From: Anolis carolinensis
Taxonomy: Eukaryota
Direction: 5' to 3'
Length of the DNA stretch: 64,000 nt
Assembly (NCBI RefSeq): GCF_035594765.1
Contig: NC_085846.1
Coordinates: forward strand, 11,581,190-11,645,189
Each line of letters begins with the position of its first letter. Positions within the stretch are counted from its first letter, which is position 1. Positions 11,710 through 24,123 of this stretch are shown one piece after another. The notes below the pieces were generated by a model. The model was not told the origin of the DNA and made no database searches. It saw nothing but the letters and a program-made list of their open reading frames with translations. The translations under genes and the position numbers were made by a program.

Positions 11710-12209
11710 TTATTTATTCATTTACAGTATTTATATTCTACTCATCTCATCCCGAAGGAGACTCAGGGCAAATTACAATGCACATATAAATGGCAAACAT
11801 TCAATGCCATTATTAGACATACAACATATAGACAGACACAGAGGCAATTTAACATTTTTCCAACTTCCACCTTCATGAGGGTATGCTTGATTCTGGCCAC
11901 AGGGGGAGTTGCCGCTTCATCGTCCGCTGTGGCACCGAGTCCTTTGATGGTAGTACTTCCTCATTCCTTTCTGCACACTGCTGGCAGTTTTTACAGTGTC
12001 ATAAATTAAGTTAAATTAACCTCCCTGCATAAGTGATAGCTAGAATTTCCTACTCAACAGATGCAACTGTTTTTCGAGCTGCTTAAGGTGAGCAGCGAGC
12101 TAGGCTATTAACAGTCAGGAGCTCAATCTGACCCAGGCTTCGATTCCATGACCTCTCAGTCAGTAGTGATTCATTGCAGCTGGCTACTAACCAGCTGAGC
12201 TAGAGCCCG
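11710..12209 (-). mobile_element. tRNA-derived SINE with L2-type tail (Anolis SINE2-like), inserted into a small MITE
   Basis: Minus-strand head GGGCTCTAGCTCAGCTGGTTAG (A box); L2-like tail; interrupted MITE halves at about 11692 and 12210-12260. Confidence 0.7.
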
Positions 12210-12296
12210 TGGGAGTTGAAGTCCAAAACATCTGGTGGGCCAAAGTGTGCCCATGCCTGGTATGTTTGGTAAGCATAGAAAACCTTTCTTAAAGAA

Positions 12297-13207
12297 TTAA
12301 GTAACATATTTCCTTTTTCTTACTAGCTGTGCCTTTGTGTTCAGCTCAGGTCTCAATACGATGATATACACTTTGGGAAGAAAGATGAAAGCCAGTATTC
12401 CCGAATTAAATATTAAGATAGAAAAGGCTGCCACTGGGGCCATATATTTTCTCGCTGCATTCAGACAGGCTGCAACAAAACTTGCCAAAATGCTGAAATG
12501 CATCATCATGCTAAAGACAATCCGCTTGGTGTCATTAAAAACATTGGGCAACCTTCTGGCAAAGAAAGAGGTGGTTAAACTGATGATGGCCAAAAGACAC
12601 GGGTAGCCATTGGCAGTGTAGAAGAAGACCGTGGAACCTTCTTTGCAGTACACTGCCATCTGTTCAATCTGAGACTGCTTGTCAAATTCTGGAAACGGAG
12701 GAGAGGTTGTCAGCCAGACAGCAAATAAACCAGTTTGAATAAGGCAGCAGACAATAGGGACTGATATTCCTAGTGTCTTCACTACCCATTTCCATATCTT
12801 GTTTCCCGGTTTTGTGACCCTGAAGGCAAAAAGCACAGTGAGGGTTTTCCCCAGTAGACATGAAAGAGTGGATGAGATAAGGATGTCATACACAGTGTGT
12901 CGCAGAAAACAGAGTGCCTTTCCAGGCTGCCCGAAAAATAAGAAGATGCTCAGAAAACAGAACAGTAGAGAACAAAGTATAATACGGGTAATGTTCCAGT
13001 TGTCAGCTTTCACAATGGGAGTATTGCGGTGTTGGATGAAGCTCCCCATCACTAGCAATGTGACCAGAGAAAAGAAAGCAGCAGAAACAGCCAAAGCTAT
13101 CCCCAAAGGTTTGTCAAAGGATAAGTAAGTTATAACCTTGGGAATACATTGAACCTGATCTTTGCTTGCATATTGATCTTCTGGGCACCTCTCACAATGT
13201 TCCACAT
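12297..13207 (-). CDS. V2R-A exon 6 (end of Cys-rich domain + 7TM)
   Basis: DVEHCERCPEDQY...TPIVKAD...FLPKVYIIVLRPELN; CAG acceptor at 13208-13210. Confidence 0.9.
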
Positions 13208-16200
13208 CTGAAAAGAATATAGAAGTCTTCAAATTACAATAGCAAAAATACACAAAGATTTGTTTCACTAAAATATGACACATCTGTCTTCACCTCTCTA
13301 GGAATTTCTAGGTCTTCCAGTGTAATTCTGGCCAAGCTAACTATGGAGACATGCTGAAGGATCTAGAAATTCCCAGAAAAGTGTTAAAACTGGCAGTTTT
13401 GTATTGATAGTTTGTAGAAAATTTCCATGGCCTTCTGAAAGGCATGAGAAATGGAATCTGTGGTGGAACAATTTCAAGAAACATACTTACTGACTTAGGC
13501 AATCCCTCGTTGTCCGAGTATGATGGTCTCCCAAGTGTAGTATCTTGGCGATGAGTACGTAGGTGACTGTAGAGCCCTATTCTTGAACCACATGTTCTTC
13601 CACAGTGAGGACATGGGTTTCCCAGTCAGGGTTGACTTGATGCACTTTCCTCTTGGCACTTTTCTGCCTTTTGCCCTCCATTTGTGCCTATTCAAATTCC
13701 ACATCACTGCTGGTCACAGCGGATCTCCAGCTAGAGTGCTCAAGGGCCAGGGCTTCCCAGTTATCGGTGTCTATGCCAAGACACCGAGAACTGCTTTGGA
13801 AGATGGTGATCAGGCATTTGGACAATGTGGCCAGTCCAGCTAAGTTGATGGCAGAGGAGCATTGCTTCAAAGCTTTGCTTTAAGCTACATGGGATGAAGA
13901 ACATCCACTTAGATTAGTGGTTCTCAACCTGTGGGTCTCCAGATGTTTTGGCCTTCAACTCCCAAAAATCATAACTGCTAGTAAACTGGTTGGGATTCCT
14001 GGGAGTTGTAGGCCAAAACACCTGGGGACCCAAAGGTTGAAAACCACTGTCGTCGTCTCACTCGTTCAGTCGTATTCGACTCTTCATGACCTCATGGACC
14101 AGTCCACGCCAGAGCTCCCTGTCGGCCGTCACCGCCCCAAGTTCCTTCAAGGACGAGCCAGTCACTTCAAGGATACCGTCCATCCATCTCGCCCTTGGTC
14201 GGCCTCTCTTCCTTTTTCCTTCCATTTTCCCCAGCATCATGATCTTCTCCAAGCTTTCCTGTCTCCTCATGATGTGGCCAAAATACTTCAACTTTGCCTC
14301 TAATATCATTCCCTCCAGTGAGCAGTCAGACATTATTTCCTGGAGGATGGACTGGTTGGATCCTCTTGGGGTCCAAGGCACTCTCAGGATTTTCCTCCAG
14401 CACCAGAGTTCAAAAGCGTCTATCTTCCTTTGCTCAGCCTTCCTTATGGTCCAGCTCTCGCATCCATAGGTCACTATGGGGAATACCATGGCTTTGACTA
14501 TGCGGACCTTCGTTGCCAGTGTGATGTCTCTGCTCTTCACTATTTTGTCAAGGTTGGCCATTGCTCTCCTCCCAAGAAGTAGACGTCTTCTGATTTCCTG
14601 GCTGCAGTCTGCATCTGCAGTGATCTTCGCACCTAGAAATATAAAGTCTGTCACTACCTCCACATTTTCTCCCTCTATTTGCCAGTTGTCAATCGGTCTG
14701 GTTGCCATGATCTTGACTTAGATCTAAAGCCAATTCTGAATCTGGCCCCCATATCTGTGGAAGCAGGATCTGTGGTTTCATTTATCCATTTGTGCCAAAA
14801 TATTCATCTCGACCTTCAAGTCTTCCAGCATAACTCCAGGGTATTTTTAGGTAAAAAGGATTTCATATCACTAGAGTTCACTATTATGTGCAGCTTTGAA
14901 TATTGATGCAAAGTCCAAGAATGCACACCACATGGATACAGGAGTCATACTGCATTACCATTTTGATTATCATCCATATATAAGAGCATCCTCTGCAATA
15001 TTCTTCCCAAAGATTACCAGTGCTATCTCTAACTCACCCAGCTGGACTGATATCATCCCTTCAGGGCACCGAACACAATTGTAACAGCAGGTGTGTTTCC
15101 CTGGCCAAACAGTTTTGTGATATCCAGGATGGCAACTCTTGGCACAAGTGGAAAGGGGCAATGTCTAAAAATATCCAAAAGAAAAGGTGTTTGTGATGCT
15201 TTCTGCTTCAGATGCAATCATGTAGTGCAAGAAAAAAAACCCTCTTCATAAAGGGACTAGACACTTCTGAAATATGCTGCCATGTGCCAGTAGAAGGAGG
15301 AGATGCTATGCATCTCTATCTTTGCACAATTATATGATATGTGAATCCAACTGTCCGTGTTTTCCTACCCAAAAACACTACTGGGCTGAACTCTAGCAAT
15401 ATAAGGAATATTTATGACCTAAGAAAGAGTTGACTATAAAGCACCTGGCCTGGAGTGTTTTCCAGTAATCATAGAAAGTGTTTTAGAAAACTGAAATGAA
15501 TGAATACCTGGTTGAAGTAGGGATTCCACACAATGTCATCCTCAGTGATGGTAAACTCTTTGCCATCTGGAGCTTGGCTATCAATCTTTCCAACCTGTCT
15601 TCTACTGAAAGATCGATTGGGATAAATGACCCAATTCACAATATCATAACCACCCGTCAATTCCATATTATTATTGAAAAATATTTCTTCTCCTGCACTA
15701 TTGTTAAATCGGACTTTGTTCAGAAAGAGATGAAGCTAGATTGAAATAAAGAAACAATTAGCCAATCAGATCAATGATACACAAATACATAATTACAGTT
15801 TTTCAATTGATTTTGAATTGTTTGAATTCAAGAGATTTCTTTTCAATCATCCTTTGCAGTTCTTTTTTTTTTGTTCAAGGTTAAGAATGATCCCTTTGCA
15901 TATTATAAAATTATGTGCAAGAATTCACTTGTTTTCTCTCTTTTTCCTTTCCTCATGAGTGAATGGGAAAGTTGTAGACTACACACCATAGAACAATGAT
16001 TACCACAATAGTAATTTGTTTTTACCCAACATTTTATGTATTTATTTACTACATTTATTTCTTGCCCTGCTCACCCTGAAGGGACTCAGAGCGGCTTACA
16101 AATTATATGTACATACAATAAATTAAATTATTAGCATAGCACAATATTAGCATTATGTATTGTACTATACCACTATATTGTACTATACCACTATACTGTA

Positions 16201-17371
16201 ATATTATTAGTAATATTACATGTAATATATAATTAATATTATTATATTGTATTATTATTAATATTATATTGTATTACATTACAATATTATTATCAAATTT
16301 ATATGAATATACAATATATTATATATTATATATTATTGTATATTATATTGTATATGATATATATACAATAAATACAATATATACAGTTCATCCTTCTCCA
16401 GCAGCACTACTAGCATAAACTCATAAAATCCCACCTGCCATGGTTGAACATTCATAGGACTCCATGTAAGTCCATCTCTCAAAGCCTTATGCCTGGTTCT
16501 TGATCTATACATTGCATGAAGAGCATGTGCTACAGCATAAACAGCATTGTAGATACTGTAACTCTGACCAAACATTCCCATTTCAAAGATAGCTCTTTGC
16601 TTCTCCTCCCCTGTATAGTGCTGGTTTGTGGTGTAAAGAGGATGACTAGGAAATGAACAATTGAAGGCATACTGCCAAAATGCATGGAGGAGGTACAACG
16701 TGGGCTTGTAAGGATTTATGGTTTGAAGAAAATTCTCAAATCCAGGTATCACCTCTGTATGGACTGTGAAGGATAGGGTGCCATTCAAGGTCCTTCCAGG
16801 GAGTTTCCTCTCACTTTCCATGGTATTTATATCCCACTGAGCTGTTCTGATCCAAACTTTTCCTGGGTGGTACTTTTCATGTAATATATTATATTCTAGA
16901 GCCCACTGAAGCACCTTGAAAAAGTAATTATAGCCATAGAAAAGAATCACATTGGCTTTGGTGAAAAGCAAGGTAAAATATATTTGGACTAAATTGTTAG
17001 ATAAAGTGTCTGGGAAAAACACGGTTGGAATCATGTCCAAGAAAGCAACGCAAATGTTGTTCTGGAGGAGTATAGGCACCTGTTTCTGCAGAACAATTTC
17101 ACCGTTGTCATCATCTGGCACAAGGAGGCCAACCCAAGTCCATCTGAAATGGTTAAGCAGGTGAACAATCCCAATGTATTGCAGCATTTCATTCGGCATC
17201 ATCTTATAGAAAAAAGGGAACCACGTTTTGTCATCTAGTCTTGAGTCAAAGGATCCATAACTGAGCTAACAGGAAAAATAAAATGCTTTCATCAGTTGAT
17301 ATTAAACCATCAACAAATGTGGTCATTATTAAAATTATTGTTATTATTGTATGACACAGCAAACAAGATAT

Positions 17372-17421
<50 letters not shown>

Positions 17422-19924
17422 CCCACTTTTTCTCTCTACAAAGGAGACTCAACACGACTCAATCTTACATCTTTGAATAAATTCAGTTTTCTCTGAGGGA
17501 AGATTACACAGAAGTGGAACTTAAGCAGAGACAAGTATATGGGATGAGAAGTTGAGAAAAGCTACTTCTAAATGTTGAACTGAAAAACTAACATCAAAGA
17601 TCCCTATAGAATAGTTTGAAAGACACAGCAACACTCAGAATAGAGATGGGAAATGTGTAGCACTCCATAATTTTTATTTAAACTGCCCTACATTCCTTCC
17701 CATTGGCTATGTTGGCAAGATTTGACTGAAGATACAGTGCAGTAACATCTGGAAGGACACTTGTGTGCCACCCCTGAAACATATGCCATTTAATTAATGG
17801 CTCTTATTTAACACAATTTTTGTTCTTGCGTTATAAATGTCATTTCCTAATTGGTTCTGTCATAAAAACATGGGGAAAGTATATTTAACTGCAAAATCTT
17901 TATTTTTGCAAGACATCCTGCAGCACATTTTGCTATAGTTTTTCAATAAATGAATGGAGTATCAACCAAGTCAACACAGTTTGTGGCAACCACAAAAAAT
18001 AAGTTTATGGAGTATAACAACTACTTTCAAAGTAAATACTGCATAATTAAACAGGAAATAACACCTTCAAACCAGGAACAATCTTTTTCAAATTTTGTTG
18101 CACAGTGTACGGGCTTATCTAGTCAACACAAGTCCAAATCCCAGAGTCACCCCAAAAGAATCTCTGGCTGTAAAGTTTGCCTTAGTATCCCAGGAATGAT
18201 GACAGTCTTGATACCTGTATTGAGTCTGATTCAACCCAATTTGTTGTCCAGATGGAGGCCAGTTTCATCACCCTTTCCTGAACTCATAATCACAGCAAAA
18301 TAGGATGGATTGTGTCCATATTTCCACTCATGTTCCTAGCCTGTCATAGAGCCCCGCCTGAGCTCCTGGTCATCATGGCCACCTCTGCTAATATCAGAAT
18401 GGGATGACCACGAGATTAGCAAGAAGGAAGGAGACAATTGTCTTGTTGGTAATGTGGGCATCCCATTCTGACATCAGACAATGCACACATCATGGTCAGA
18501 AGTTCAGATGAAACTCCATGGTTGACTACAAGCAGCAGCAACAGCATCACAAGAGGTGAAATGTAAGCCACCCAAGCAGAGGAAATGTTGTCCTGGTCCT
18601 TATTGACAATGGTCCCAGATTCAGCACTAATATGCCAAATCTGGGACTGCTCTGGGCTTTTTTTTTCGTGTCAGGAGCAAATTGAGTTGCTTCTGGAATG
18701 AGAGAATTGGCCGTCTGCAAGGACGTTGCCCAGAGGACGCCCGGATGTTTTGATGTTTTTACCATGCTTGTGGGAGGCTTCTCTCATGTCCCCACATGGA
18801 GCTGGAGCTGATAGAGGGAGCTCATTCACACTCTCCCCGGGTGGGATTCGAACCTGGCAGCTTTCAGGTCAGCAACCCAACCTTCAAGTCACTTAGTCCA
18901 CTACGTCATCTGGGGGCTCCTTGCTTTGGGCTAGATTTACACCATGCTAACCTGCTCACTCACTCACTCTCTCTATGTACTTGCTCTGTCTCTCAACATA
19001 CCTGTGGAATCTTGAAGACATTTAATATAGTAGCCATCTGAGTTGAATGTTGAGAATTGACCCCATCAATTATAGCCACTACATTCTTGTTTTGATCACA
19101 GTTGTAATTAAAGGGATTTCTCTCTCCTGGAAAAAGCATATCCAGAATGCTCCAGTAGGTCCGGCTTGCACCAAAAACATTGTCATAGAGGTTAAATCCC
19201 AGTGTTGTATTGGGCAAGAGTCTAGTGCTCTTGTTGATCTCATTTATGGCAAAAACAAAAGCAAGTATATGCTGGAATTTTTTAAGGTGAGGTCTATACA
19301 ATTTAAAAGACAGAGAGAGAGAAAAAGGACAATATTATTCTTTAAAAAATTCTAAAACCTGGAAGTGATGCTAAGCTTTGTCTCTTTGAAGTCAGTTTGA
19401 AAGGAGCAGAAATGATACACTGGAGTCTAGCAGTAGCAGGACTAGCAACAAGATTGTGCAGAAAGCTGTAACATACAGTGACATCTAAACCGGCCATACA
19501 CTTGCCTTGCTGAACCATTATGCAGAATTTCAGATCAAACATCATCCCATGCCAATTCACCAATCTCAAAAACACAGCCACTGACATTTCTGTGAACTAT
19601 GCAGAATTCCACAAAAACAATACACCAACCAAATACATCTTGACATAGAAAGATTATTAGTAGCCGACTGTGTGTGGTTTGAGGAAGAAATGAAGCAGGT
19701 GCAGCTATTTTACTGCTGTGGGAAGAAATGAAGCAGATGCAGCTATTTTGCTGCTGGTTTGAATCAACTCATGCTAAAAAGGAAAAAGAAAAATAACAAT
19801 GGAATGGGTTCAGGACTTGAAGATTTTAAGGAGAGAGCAACTTTTAAATTCTCCCAAAGCTAAGCTCTCACCATTTGTTATTCTACCCAGGGATGTGGAT
19901 AGTTCGTGTGTGTGTGTGTATGTG

Positions 19925-19963
<39 letters not shown>

Positions 19964-21052
19964 CAGTAATGTGTGTGTGTGTGTGTGTGATATGTCGACC
20001 CAGAGTGTTGTATTATTTTTTGTGATTCCAAATTTCTAAATGTATACATGAGGATATATTAGGGAAAACAACTCTATGTACTCATGTATAAGTCTAGAAA
20101 TTTAAATACACAAGTATGTACATACATAATCATGCCACCTAGTAGTTTGAAAACATGCAAATTTGAGTAGATCAATAAGTATTGCTCTGGCAGGAAGGTA
20201 ACAGCACTCCATGCTGTCATGCCGGCTGCATGAACTTGGAGGTGTTTACGGACAACGTCGCTCTTCAGCTTAGAAATGGAGATGAGCACCAACCCTCAGA
20301 GTCAGACATGACTAGACTTAATGTCAGGGGAAAACCTTTACCTATAAATGTTTTACTGCTTTTCCTTGTTTCTCAAAGGACTTTCACACTCAGTGTACCA
20401 TGTGCATTCAATCTACATTCACGGCTTCTCCTGCTGTCATGATCCTTGAATAAGTCTCACTAAATTTCTCTCCTTAAATTTCAGTAAACTCACAGAACTG
20501 TAGAATGGTAGAGTTGGAAATGATACCAAAGGCCATCCCATCCAACCACTGCTAATGTATAGGTAAAGAATTGTCATCTGATGGCAATCCAACCTCTGTT
20601 TTAAAGCTTCTCACACTGAAAAGTCCAGCACCTTTGGCGAGAATGCTCCATTCCAAGGCTGGACAAGTCTCTGTGTTATTCCCTATGCTTATTTGAGAAT
20701 TCTTTTCTAGTTTATAATTTAAACATATCAAAGCTTCCCTTTTGAAGTAGCAGGAAGCAAATTTGCTCCATCTTTTCAACATTCTATGAACTACTTACAA
20801 ATTATTTTGTGAAAAAGCCGGGCACTCTCTAAAGCTGAATAAAGGTTCTTCGGCACATGGCACAGATAAAAACTGACCCAGGATAATGTCTTCAGAGTTA
20901 AGTAGGTTGCCTTGATTCATTTCCTGACAGTTACACAAAGAGAAGTTTGAAGTCTTGCTGAAAGTATGAGGCAGAATCCAAAGCAAAAAGAGCAGCAACA
21001 GCAGTTTAAGTACTTGCAAAGCTTGGATTCTGCTCCTCCTGAAGAACTGCAT
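12297..21052 (-). CDS. Vomeronasal type-2 receptor V2R-A; complement(join(12297..13207,15038..15164,15508..15735,16435..17265,19002..19293,20799..21052)), about 880 aa
   Basis: Canonical 6-exon V2R layout: signal-peptide exon; 292-nt exon LAFVFAINEINK..LLPNTTLG..YD; 831-nt exon LSYGSFD..QPWQ; 228-nt exon [11 protein letters not shown]; 127-nt Cys-rich exon; 7TM exon. All GT-AG and in frame. Start codon uncertain (other in-frame ATGs up to about 21070). Confidence 0.88.
13485..13810 (-). mobile_element. RTE-1-type LINE 3' fragment
   Basis: Encodes GIDTDNWEALALEHSSWRSAV, an RTE C-terminus; short TAAG-type tail. Confidence 0.7.
13915..14049. mobile_element. Short hAT MITE
   Basis: Inverted ends AGTGGTTCTCAACC / GGTTGAAAACCACTG. 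Confidence 0.7.
14048..14718 (-). mobile_element. BovB-type RTE LINE, 5'-truncated, frame still open
   Basis: ORF 14058-14708: VVTDFIFLGAKITADADCSQEIRRRLLLGR..VFPIVTYGCESWTI..DAFELWCWR..LKYFGH..GRPRARWMD; (GAC)n tail. Confidence 0.88.
15038..15164 (-). CDS. V2R-A exon 5 (Cys-rich domain)
   Basis: TLPLSTCAKSCHPGY..CCYNCVRCPEG; TAG acceptor, GTGAGT donor. Confidence 0.9.
15508..15735 (-). CDS. V2R-A exon 4
   Basis: [20 protein letters not shown]...GYDIVNW...WNPYFNQ; 228 nt. Confidence 0.9.
16030..16380 (-). mobile_element. L2-type 3' end fragment, AT-rich
   Basis: GGGACTCAGAGCGGCTTACA motif; matches the reverse complement of about 39700-39960. Confidence 0.6.
16435..17265 (-). CDS. V2R-A exon 3 (Venus flytrap domain)
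   Basis: [44 protein letters not shown]. Confidence 0.9.
17808..18108. mobile_element. Tc1/mariner-like MITE
   Basis: Inverted ends AACACAATTTTTG / CAAATTTTGTTGCACAGTG; homologous to 27881-28160. Confidence 0.7.
18659..18920 (-). mobile_element. Sauria-related SINE (short variant)
   Basis: Homologous to the copies at 10157 and 23751; diverged TSD (TGCTCTGGGCT/TGCTTTGGGCT). Confidence 0.75.
19002..19293 (-). CDS. V2R-A exon 2
   Basis: KFQHILAFVFAINEINKSTRLLPNTTLGFNLYDN...KIPQ; 292 nt. Confidence 0.9.
19906..19988. repeat. (TG)n/(TA)n microsatellite
   Basis: Direct observation. Confidence 0.9.
20136..20344 (+). mobile_element. 5'-truncated Sauria SINE
   Basis: Matches the 3' two-thirds of 7772-8106, including the ACCTTT tail. 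Confidence 0.8.
20799..21052 (-). CDS. V2R-A exon 1 (signal peptide)
   Basis: Hydrophobic LKLLLLLFLLWILP, then EDIILGQFLS; phase-2 donor GTAAGT. Confidence 0.8.
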
Positions 21053-21444
21053 TTTCATCAACATAAACATCAATGTTAGTACCAGCTGCAGTATTTTGAA
21101 GAGAATCCATAAGTAACCACTCTTGAGTACCGTAAGTATTAAGTAAAATTCACTAATGCTTACATTCCTTCCTGGAGATTTTCACCTAAAGAATGAGACA
21201 AAAAAGACTGGTTGGCCTTGCCAATTTTACATCAACAACTAGATTAAAAGTAGTTTGATGGGAGTCTTTATAGAAAATAGTGTTTGACTTTGTTGATGTT
21301 ATGAATTTCACAGATGCTCTGTCACACTGGGGCCTCTGCAAGAAGCTGGGTGAAATCACCATAATTTTAATAATTACAAGGTTGCTTAGAAATTATCTCC
21401 AAGACCAAAGTCTCTGTGTAGATCAGATGATATGTCTGTGAGAT

Positions 21445-22020
21445 TGGGCTAAATATCTTTTGACCAGAAACGGGCAACAGCAACTGCATTGTTTGTAGCT
21501 TCAAACAATTCTTCCTCTGCACATGAGGCAGGGCATTGCGGAAAAGCATACAGATGTGGAGTTGTGTTCTGCTCCACAATTGCACAAAGTGGAGGATTCT
21601 CTTGGGTAGTGCCATTTTGCCAGGTTGTCTTTGGATCTGCCCACTCCACTTCTGAGTCTGTTCAGGGACTTCCAAGTTGTCCATTCTTGGTTTACTCCTG
21701 GAGGAAGACCCTCATGGGAGACCATCCAATTAGGATTCCCTGGTTTACCTGCCCAGAGGGATACTCTTGCTGTTGCTGGGGGAACGTTAAGAGGAGTGGT
21801 GGTTCTCATGAAGCTTTTCCTTGATTTGAGTCTACTGGGAAGAGGCCGATATCCATGCAGTGTAACTTTCACAGTGTTCAATCTTATTTCTCTCACTGTT
21901 AGCAGCAACTTCCCGTTGCACATCGGGCGGGCAATGCCAGCTAGCATGTAGAGTTGATCAACAGGTGTAGGTTTGGAACATCCTGTGATTATTCTGCATG
22001 TTTCAGAATAAGAACATATG
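21445..22020 (-). mobile_element. Vingi/Ingi-clade LINE 3' fragment, frameshifted
   Basis: CRIITGCSKPTPVDQLYMLAGIA..WKSLNRLRSGVGRSKDNLAKW..CNCG, the C-terminus typical of Vingi elements. Confidence 0.8.
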
Positions 22021-22634
22021 AGTCCTTTCATCTCTCAACTGGGCAGGTAAACCACTTACTAATGGTTTCCTCAACTTATGTGCACACATTTATTGACTCA
22101 TCGTCATTACCATCTTTTATTTATTCATATCGTGCCAATTCTGTACATTACACTTTACAAGTAAAATAACAACAGGGCGGTTCTATGCCCTCCGGCTTAC
22201 AATCTAATGGCATGACAAGACAAAAAAGGAAAAAGGAGTGGCATGGGAGATGGTCTCATGTTCAGCAAATCTTCATGGCAAAGAGAATCAGTAATGTCTT
22301 AAACTTGAAATAGATCTACCTTCTAAGGAACCAAGGAATATCCAGTTCAAAACAAGGCCTGAAGCCTAACTGGAATGCAGTTAGGAACTGACTAGCCTCT
22401 ACCCCATCTGACCCAAATGGACAATATTATCAACCACAAGCCAGGTTTTGACTTCCTTAGAATCCAAGTTGAAGAGCAGTCCATATTCAACTTCCTATTA
22501 TTCTGTCCATGATAGACAATCTATCCCAATGACCCCTTATACTAACGGAACACAATGTAGAAAGCAATAGATACTTGACCATGGAGCGTTTTGCATTGTC
22601 TCAAGGATGGATGGAATTGTGAAAAACAACAGAT

Positions 22635-23090
22635 CTTATTTATTTATTTATTTATTTATTTAATTCGTTCAAATAGACATACATTTGCAAGTGTTTGTTG
22701 CATACAGTGCAATATTTTCCAGCTATTAATCTTCCATAATCATTTCTCAGATAATATATTTTCATTAAGGGGTCAGAGTGTTCTATTTAAATAGTACATA
22801 TAAAGGTATTATAGGCTCCAAAATAATATTCGTTTCCTCCTTGTCTACCGTCTTATAGCTTCCCCTATGTACACGTTTACATTAATTTTACATTGAGATG
22901 TTGGATTATTGGTTGCCATTCTTCAACAAATTTCACTAAAGGTTTTCCTCTTAAGAGTACAGTTATTTTATCCATTATCAGCAAATCTGTAATGTATTTT
23001 TCCCATTCTTCTAAGGGAAGAATCTCTGAGGTTTTCCAATATCTGGCGTATACTATTCGAGCTGCCACTGTCCACAACAGATCTTTTTAA
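22635..23090 (-). mobile_element. L1/Tx1-type LINE 3' end
   Basis: AARIVYARYWKTSEILPLEEW..DKIT..F..EWQP C-terminal motif; (TAAA)n tail at 22637-22662. Confidence 0.7.
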
Positions 23091-23750
23091 AAGCCCAGAA
23101 TACATCATGAATGCATTTCCTTCCACACTGGTATAAAAACGGAACGCTCAGGTGAAGTGATGGGATCCTATTAATGGAATATTTGGCAGCAGTGCGAGAG
23201 ACTGCCCTACTAAGAATATAACATTGTGAAGTCGTTTAAATGAACTATAGAACCAGCTACTGGCATTACTATTTATTTTAAGTATTAATGTCAATGTATG
23301 TATTTTACTTATATATTAGTATTATTATTTTATAATTCAATAAATCTATAACATGTTGCAATGAATTTACTACTGGTAAACTAAATACGTCCCTTTGGTT
23401 GGTGATTTTAACCATGGCTTATTTTTAGGGTAGGGCTTATATTATTACTACACTGAAAAATGATGCTAGGGTTTGTTTTCCAGTTAGGTCTTATTTCAGG
23501 GGAAAAGGGTATATCATAAAGCATCCAACAGTAATTTTCCATGTCTCCTGAAAGGTATTGACTCCCTGAACATAAATTACCCAAAGAATCGTGCAAAGAA
23601 GTAATATGGTGACAGACCTAACACATGATAGTATGCCTTTTCCATCAAGTGACATTACAATGTATTGGTGCTGAAGTCCATAACCATTTTTCTTCAGCAT
23701 CACGGTGGTCATGGCAATAAGCACACCTCAATCCCAGGCACTATAGTACT

Positions 23751-24019
23751 TTTTCGTATCAGGAGCAACTTGAGAAACTGGTGTAGAGAATTGACCATTT
23801 GCAGGGACATTGCCCAGGGGACGCCAGATGTTTTTGATGTTTTTACTATCCTTATGAGAGGCTTCTCTCATGTCCCCACATGGAGAGCTGGAGCTGACAG
23901 AGGGAGCTCATCCACGCTCTCCCCGGATTCAAACCGGCAACCTTCAGGTCAGCAACCCAACCTTCAAGTCAGCAGTCCTGCCAGCACAAGGGTTTAACCC
24001 ATTGCACCAGTGGGGACTC
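23751..24019 (-). mobile_element. Sauria-related SINE about 105 bp downstream of the V2R-B stop
   Basis: 12-bp TSD CACTATAGTACT at 23739-23750 and 24020-24031. Confidence 0.85.
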
Positions 24020-24123
24020 CACTATAGTACTAATCCAATATTATTCCCTGTCAGACACTGATTTCCCTTTATAAACTGATATGAGATCATTCATCACAAA
24101 CATGATTGCATTTTGTGTAGATA

